Assembly: GCA_045648925.1 (NCBI GenBank)
Contig: JAZROY010000001.1
Location: 8,841-72,840, forward strand
Length of the DNA stretch: 64,000 nucleotides
Direction of reading: 5' to 3'
DNA from: Candidatus Enterousia sp.
GTDB taxonomy: Bacteria; Pseudomonadota; Alphaproteobacteria; Rs-D84
Shown in pieces: positions 60,001-64,000 of the stretch (within the stretch, counting starts at the first letter, position 1; every line of letters begins with the position of its first letter). Both the position numbers and the translations under genes were made by a program. The notes under the pieces were generated by a model that searched no databases, was not told where the DNA came from, and was given only the letters and a program-made list of their open reading frames with translations.

Positions 60001-61542
60001 GATGTGGGCGCTGGAAGAACTTTTGGTATCTATGATGATACACTGTGTTATGCTGTGTGGAATCCAAAACAGTATAATGTCGTGTATCAAAGCGGAAATT
60101 GTGAATCAAGAGGAACTCATGTGACACAGACAGATTATAATGTGTTGACATATGGGCAAAACTTTACGGTTGATGATATATCAGATTCTGGTGTAAATGT
60201 ACGCAATGGTTATGAATTTTTGGGCTGGAGTACTTCTTTGGTGACTAATGAAGATTTGGAAACAAATAGTTTTGAACCAGAATATGTTTCTGGACAAACA
60301 TATGGACCGTGGAATACGGATGATGATTTGATACTGCATGCTGTGTGCAAGAAAAAAGTATATAATATTTGCTATAATTTCCAAGTCCAAGGTGCAAAAT
60401 GGAAAGATAGTAATGCGAATCCTTTGTATTCTTATGATGTTGATGTTGAAAGTACGCCTGTTCATTTAGCCGTTCACGAAGATAATGGTGTGGGGAATTT
60501 CTATGTGTTTGACGCTTGGTATAACACACCAGGAATGTATCATGATCAAAATGATACAGGAACAAAGATAACAGAAGTTCCTAGTGCAGCAATAACTCCG
60601 TTAGATACCCCAATGTCTGTGCGGTGCAATGGAACGATATCTTCTCCGCAGTGCGAAAATTCAGCTTATGCGAGCTGTGATGTGGTGCTGTATGCAAAAT
60701 GGCGTGAAGCTGGTAAGATAAGGTTTGCTTGTAGCGCAGATGATTATGTTGAAGAAAAGGATGCGGTGAACAGCTTTATCGAAGCAGCAAACCCTGAATA
60801 TGTTGGTTGTGATCTTGAAGGCTGTGATTTTGATGCGTGGCATTGTGAAAATTACACTGGTTCGCCAAAAGATTATGTGCCAGAGGAAGATTCTATACAA
60901 GTTTTGGTGGCGAATACTACTGTGATATGTACGCCAATCAAAGATTGTTCGAATCTTGAGTACGATATAGAATATCATGTGTATAAAAATGGTGAGGAAG
61001 CATCAGAAGTTTATACGAATGATGGTCAATACAGGGTTAATGTCAGCAACCTTAAACCAGATACATATAGCCCTGGGGATGAACCAGTTGCCTATCCTGT
61101 TGTGTCGTGGCCAGACTGCAGATTTACAGGATGGTATGAAAATCCACAGTTTACGGGTAGAACAGTGACACAAACCCCTGCTCTGGCGATTGACGAAGAA
61201 GGACATGATATAGTTTTATATGGACAAATGATTTGTGAAACGACATGTAATGAACCAGGACATGAACATTGGTTCCATATTGGCAACAATCCAAACGACA
61301 AGGTGTGCTTGTACGAAAAACGTCCAACAGATTTGACACCTGCTGTCAGGGTTAAAGGCGCAAACAGAGAGCCGTATTACATGATGTTGTCTACTGATCC
61401 GGATATGATTATACACGAAGGTTCTGCTAAGCGGATGCGTATCCAACACTCAGACGGTAATATCTATAATGTGTGTGATAAGACCAGTTGTGGTGATTTA
61501 GTTCCCATATATCAGGGTGGATGGAACGGAGATACAATGTAA
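54061..61542 (+). CDS. Giant (2493 aa) Cys-rich InlB B-repeat surface protein C
   Basis: Signal peptide; about 20 or more YxxxYxC..GWxC..CxAxW repeats; distinct C-terminal domain. Confidence 0.87.
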   Translation: MFRFLLRFFAVFITCSAFVGLASRPVLADIGTTTCDDNNGTCGTIGLDSSASCNNPPLLWHSSSNNYGTYTLTAQYERTPFHAYYKNGSCYAGSDFTYYQDPTVAYYQDSYTILGLDDISTISLPSGGNYAFDGWTTCWAPCDDLSNLSDCSQTPVLPGSFNWSKDKCLVLTGNCTIRQCENGQWFDSATGECKSCPDGYNYSDSGATSMAQCYKIKEVPCQPQEQALSEYCTEPASWEESCTCDDSVSYRIYSNAEGTGEGQYTDANGDALPSNTPPAAPICTLGVTFATGVSGYVFNQQTGECDPIGYKLEYNCGKKPDSNDDVGGNPPAATTGIQIGGSATVKDYTDGQCQSTGLTFQRWSCVWKEHESPYSVVGNPENHTAGDTITPWSAYDMECTAVWENSILDCPDAYPEHDEEVTSYTQCYRITTTSSCDKQGNTTAIQNHCIYNMDCSCDPVTYRVYSNESGNADGLIKNEDGSQVLSNIPAPSCQRQIVGNPTGAEDGYAYNQQTNTCEALPTYPVVYDCNNNGLGIDGNGTNPSDSNSPYAAGNAVNVLAYPAGCQAPTERVADATLGWECVAQDGTLVYSGSGNADFNMPSQPVTCTAQWKSTAWSITYMGCNCDTSSYSDLFYNKCTQDLTSRVRSGEYETNDSSTYYRTFTATRPVTFPTVAGNTNYGEINVASTAFSGRWFYFNFRNGVPVGTTTSAGTNSSGEDKDLIIYTCLGDSYQVTYNCIKGNGGTQVKGPYQKQSVSTLGRAACPYEPGWTFTWNCGGSYTSVTPGGSIYVDSDKVCNAEWTCDTANGYVLENGQCVKKYNLKFNCNNSKDSVRTERLLSGATFDTSSVQCQTKNCSETGYTWSCNPSSALSGNTVTMPVADVTCTAQWTPIKYTVTYNSGSCGSAGHTNETLYTHSDGATCGVGYSVPSNATSAMNNVLQSGYTFVGWNTNSGQTTSNWSGGNITGDITVYAACKSIEYNLTLRCNDNATDERTASYNAGESVGLVSTARNGCANDTDGMIFSHWTCNPSSLYDNSNVTMNNNVVCDAHWDTKYHLTYDCANDRANENPTGGWYDSGEAVTTLTDNDQGTCSTLPYEGAEFKGWSCSPNNNRNGSTGAMTMPPSNVECTAQWDGAEFTVTYDCSGTTVTGGHVKNSENTQRRHENIKYGSSSFTFDQANNVCEYAHYTPANWTCVREDTEQDITSTISFGVSEKWKRPYNVKCTTDWMPEPVTLTYNCNNNGLGTSSNPGQNPQGGTYDYNTRVAMVEGDGGCKVPATGKTFKGWNCSPDSPDDDGYITLTTDTTCTADWGDAEYYLTYDCNGGTGNPPRDEDENGNPIPRRWTESVQIKSNTCEKENSSFQYWDCDGTPVSAGRNFYMPAHNVTCYAQWKTQDFQLKYNCNNGGLGTNPASQTYAAGTPNIQVLSNTNYSTCRKPTSDKNFQGWNCHKEGDTGTPFVSGSAMPAYNVVCDGQWDGAVWNITYIGCRSGDCVACTDPWVLNEYIDQSKQIYSSETNPAIVFPVPGRTDDYELFNTIEEEEFSFVGAWVDQYGARRTSTYSLLGDLTLCTNLKPYYEVTYDCGWEHQAPIDENNPYVSDSKVSVKNSSTCGDGARDGYTFINWSCKPDGQSAFDVAGSGGEFNITADTTCTAVWDTKGYVIRYHGGTAGGRNVTQVAMSNQAVSYRQENVVLKKNTFAIAGYEFNGWDCKVNGTSISGAYLSDQANIGTYSYTDNMDCTAQWSPLQYNIIYNKGSCDGTSYTSYDALTYDDTYTVLGLYDSNNMTVFAPVGYVFTGWRTVDTVIQNPDRIPGQTYGPWTTAGDLNLYATCEREPYYVTYDCDTYDEDSVTPVDEKAYYVDNTVSLKQNTCKKTGWSPVGWECYPLTTENSARGMSNALVIYDDNTFSMPADNVKCDMRWEQDVYHVTYECRGDADCDTTGSNCQTPQDNQEYEYGDSVLTATNTCKKSGHDFVKWNCAGQDVGAGRTFGIYDDTLCYAVWNPKQYNVVYQSGNCESRGTHVTQTDYNVLTYGQNFTVDDISDSGVNVRNGYEFLGWSTSLVTNEDLETNSFEPEYVSGQTYGPWNTDDDLILHAVCKKKVYNICYNFQVQGAKWKDSNANPLYSYDVDVESTPVHLAVHEDNGVGNFYVFDAWYNTPGMYHDQNDTGTKITEVPSAAITPLDTPMSVRCNGTISSPQCENSAYASCDVVLYAKWREAGKIRFACSADDYVEEKDAVNSFIEAANPEYVGCDLEGCDFDAWHCENYTGSPKDYVPEEDSIQVLVANTTVICTPIKDCSNLEYDIEYHVYKNGEEASEVYTNDGQYRVNVSNLKPDTYSPGDEPVAYPVVSWPDCRFTGWYENPQFTGRTVTQTPALAIDEEGHDIVLYGQMICETTCNEPGHEHWFHIGNNPNDKVCLYEKRPTDLTPAVRVKGANREPYYMMLSTDPDMIIHEGSAKRMRIQHSDGNIYNVCDKTSCGDLVPIYQGGWNGDTM

Positions 61543-61573
61543 ACAACCCGTAAAAAAACGGGTTGTTTTTTTT
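61541..61573 (+). terminator. Intrinsic terminator
   Basis: aaacaacccgt-aaaaaa-acgggttgtttttttt. Confidence 0.85.
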
Positions 61574-61621
61574 GTTCTATCTTGTTTTTCAAAAATATTT
61601 CATTATATAGGATAAAGTGGC

Positions 61622-61650
61622 TTGACCCTGGGGATAAAAATTGCTATAAA
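61622..61650 (+). promoter_or_regulatory. Sigma70-type promoter of secA
   Basis: TTGACC-17-TATAAA. Confidence 0.55.
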
Positions 61651-61700
61651 ATATAGGATTTAGGGCGGTGGGTCTGGAAAGAACGGTAAGGAAATGTAAA

Positions 61701-64000
61701 ATGAAAAATGTATTAAAGTTAATATTGGGTTCTGCAAACGATAGAATTGTAAAATCATACGAAAAAATAGTTTCAACGATAAATAAATTAGAACCTAAGT
61801 ATGCGGCTATGTCGGATGATGAAATTCATGGTTTGACCGCTGTGTTTCGTGAACAATTAAAAAATGGTGCAAAGGAAAAAGATATTTTACCAGATGTATT
61901 TGCGGCTGTGCGCGAAGCTGCTAAACGTTCTATTGGTTTGCGACATTTTGATGTGCAATTGATTGGTGGTATGGTTTTGAATAATGGTCAAATTTCCGAA
62001 ATGAAAACTGGTGAAGGAAAAACACTGGTCGCAACATTGGCTTTGTATTTAAAAGCATTACATGGCAAAGGGGCGCATTTAATTACTGTTAATGATTATT
62101 TGGCATCGCGTGATGCTGGATGGATGGGGCAAGTTTACAGATTTTTGGGTATGACCATCGGTGTCATTCAACATGATATGTCTGACGAAGATAGACGCGC
62201 GGCTTATAATTGTGATATTACATATGTTACTAATTCCGAATTGGGATTTGATTATTTGCGTGATAATATGAAATTTACCAAAGAACAACAGGTTTTGCGC
62301 CCGTTCTTTTTTGCTATTGTTGACGAAGTGGATAGTATTTTGATTGATGAGGCGCGTACCCCACTTATTATTTCTGGTCCATCAGAAGACACAAGTGATT
62401 TATATAACAAGGTTGATTCTGTGGTGGCACAACTGGTCGCTGATGATTACAAGATTGATGAAAAAGATAGACATGTGACATTGACAGAAAATGGCGTTGA
62501 TCATGCGACAGAATTATTAAAACAATCTGGCGTTTTGATGGGCGATAATTTATATGCCGCAGAAAATGCAGTTATAGTTATGCATTTACAGCAATCTTTG
62601 TTGGCGCATCATTTATATGAAAAAAATGTTAATTATGTTGTTAGAAATGGCGAAGTTTTAATTGTTGATGAATTTACTGGTCGTGTTATGACAGGTCGCC
62701 GTTTTGGCAAAGGATTACATCAAGCAATTGAAGCCAAAGAACATGTGACTGTTCAACCAGAAAATCAAACTGTGTCCAGTATTTCATATCAGAATTTATT
62801 CAGAATGTACCCTACTTTGGCTGGTATGACCGGAACGGCAATGACCGAGGCAGCAGAATTTGAAGAAATCTATAAATTGCGTGTTGTGTCAATCCCGACT
62901 AATAAACCTGTGGCGCGTGTTGACCATCATGATGAAATATATCGCAACAAACAAGAAAAATATGATGCGATTATAAAACAAATTTCTGAATGTATGGAAC
63001 GCAAACAACCTGTGTTGGTTGGAACAGTATCTATTGAAAAATCAGAAGAGTTGGCAAAAATTGTTCAAGAAAAATTGGGTATCAAACCGGCTGTATTAAA
63101 TGCAAAACATCATGAATCAGAAGCAAAAATTGTATCCCAAGCAGGCGCACCCGGGGCGGTCACAATTGCAACAAATATGGCTGGTCGTGGAACTGATATT
63201 AAATTGGGTGGAAATGCGGATGATTTAATCGCAGAGTTGGATGAAACTGCTCCTGAATTTGAGAAAAAGAAAAAAGAAATCATCAAAAAAATTGAAGAAA
63301 ATAAAAAAATAGTTTTAGAATCCGGCGGGCTTTATGTGATTGGTACAGAAAGACACGAATCTCGCCGTATTGATAATCAGTTGCGTGGTCGTTCTGGTCG
63401 TCAAGGTGATCCGGGTGATTCTAAATTCTTTTTGGCATTGGATGATGATTTGATGCGTATATTTGGTGCGGCAAGATTACAAAATATGCTGACAACTTTG
63501 GGACTAAAACCTGGTGAAGCAATTACTCATCCTTGGATAACAAAGGCCTTAGAAAAAGCGCAAAAACGTGTCGAAGCCAGATATTTCGAAGCGCGTAAAG
63601 AATTGTTAAAATATGATAATGTTATGAACGATCAAAGAACTGTTGTTTACAAGCAACGCGATGAATTGATGACTTCGGAAAATCTGGAACCGTTGATAAC
63701 AGAATTTATTGGTGATGTTGTTGAGTTGATTTGTGAAAGAAACATTCCAGAAAAAGCACATCCGTCCACGTGGAATACAGAAGGTATCCATGATAATATG
63801 ATGCGTATATTTGCATTGGATATTACAGATATAAATAATTGGAAGACAGATGAAACAATATCTGAACGTGCCGCGTATAATACTTTGTTTAATTTAGCGA
63901 TGCGCCGTTATCATCAACAAAAAGAAAAATATGGTGTTGAATTGATGCAGATGGCACAAAAACAAATGATGTTGGGTGCATTAGATTCTGTGTGGAAACG
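61701..64000 (+). CDS. secA: Preprotein translocase ATPase SecA, runs off window (absent from ORF track)
   Basis: Manual translation MKNVLKLILGS..RHFDVQLIGG..EMKTGEGKT..VTNSELGFDYLRDNM..IVDEVDSILIDEARTPLIISG..GTERHESRRIDNQLRGRSGRQGDPG. Confidence 0.98.
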   Translation, partial: MKNVLKLILGSANDRIVKSYEKIVSTINKLEPKYAAMSDDEIHGLTAVFREQLKNGAKEKDILPDVFAAVREAAKRSIGLRHFDVQLIGGMVLNNGQISEMKTGEGKTLVATLALYLKALHGKGAHLITVNDYLASRDAGWMGQVYRFLGMTIGVIQHDMSDEDRRAAYNCDITYVTNSELGFDYLRDNMKFTKEQQVLRPFFFAIVDEVDSILIDEARTPLIISGPSEDTSDLYNKVDSVVAQLVADDYKIDEKDRHVTLTENGVDHATELLKQSGVLMGDNLYAAENAVIVMHLQQSLLAHHLYEKNVNYVVRNGEVLIVDEFTGRVMTGRRFGKGLHQAIEAKEHVTVQPENQTVSSISYQNLFRMYPTLAGMTGTAMTEAAEFEEIYKLRVVSIPTNKPVARVDHHDEIYRNKQEKYDAIIKQISECMERKQPVLVGTVSIEKSEELAKIVQEKLGIKPAVLNAKHHESEAKIVSQAGAPGAVTIATNMAGRGTDIKLGGNADDLIAELDETAPEFEKKKKEIIKKIEENKKIVLESGGLYVIGTERHESRRIDNQLRGRSGRQGDPGDSKFFLALDDDLMRIFGAARLQNMLTTLGLKPGEAITHPWITKALEKAQKRVEARYFEARKELLKYDNVMNDQRTVVYKQRDELMTSENLEPLITEFIGDVVELICERNIPEKAHPSTWNTEGIHDNMMRIFALDITDINNWKTDETISERAAYNTLFNLAMRRYHQQKEKYGVELMQMAQKQMMLGALDSVWK

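Noticed and set aside
49229-61542. DGR target or shufflon
   Set aside because: No reverse transcriptase, invertase, inverted cassettes or adenine-specific TR/VR pair seen in the window
603-63791. Numerous 60-200 aa antisense or alternate-frame ORFs
   Set aside because: Shadows of well-supported genes, with no motifs or ribosome binding sites
1-64000. Alternative genetic code
   Set aside because: Conserved genes are full length and end in TAA, TAG or TGA under the standard bacterial code

Overview
AT-rich chromosomal window from a streamlined alphaproteobacterium (gcrA, ybgC-tolQRA, M23-bactofilin pair, lpxA-lpxB). The many Cys-rich secreted proteins suggest a host-associated lineage such as Rs-D84, which is an inference only. 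Most genes are housekeeping: rnhA, tkt, hisS, prfA, aroK, mscL, leuS, rpiB, acpS, corA, adk, rpsA, thyA, tig, rplM/rpsI, argS, an OmpR/EnvZ-type pair, ruvB and a partial secA, plus four tRNAs and rnpB. The window appears to contain the replication terminus: a near-canonical dif site at 10043-10070 in a 1 kb gene-free gap, with all seven GGGNAGGG (KOPS) octamers found by eye converging on it. The best candidate for an undescribed system is the three-gene cluster of Cys-rich InlB-B-repeat surface proteins at 49229-61542. Their termini carry complementary halves of one repeat, suggesting a filament polymerised by donor-strand complementation and locked by inter-subunit disulfides. Other leads are a His-His leader peptide upstream of hisS, tRNA-linked mini-elements beside an HNH nuclease, and a catalytically dead alpha/beta hydrolase. 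All calls come from reading the sequence; no searches were run.
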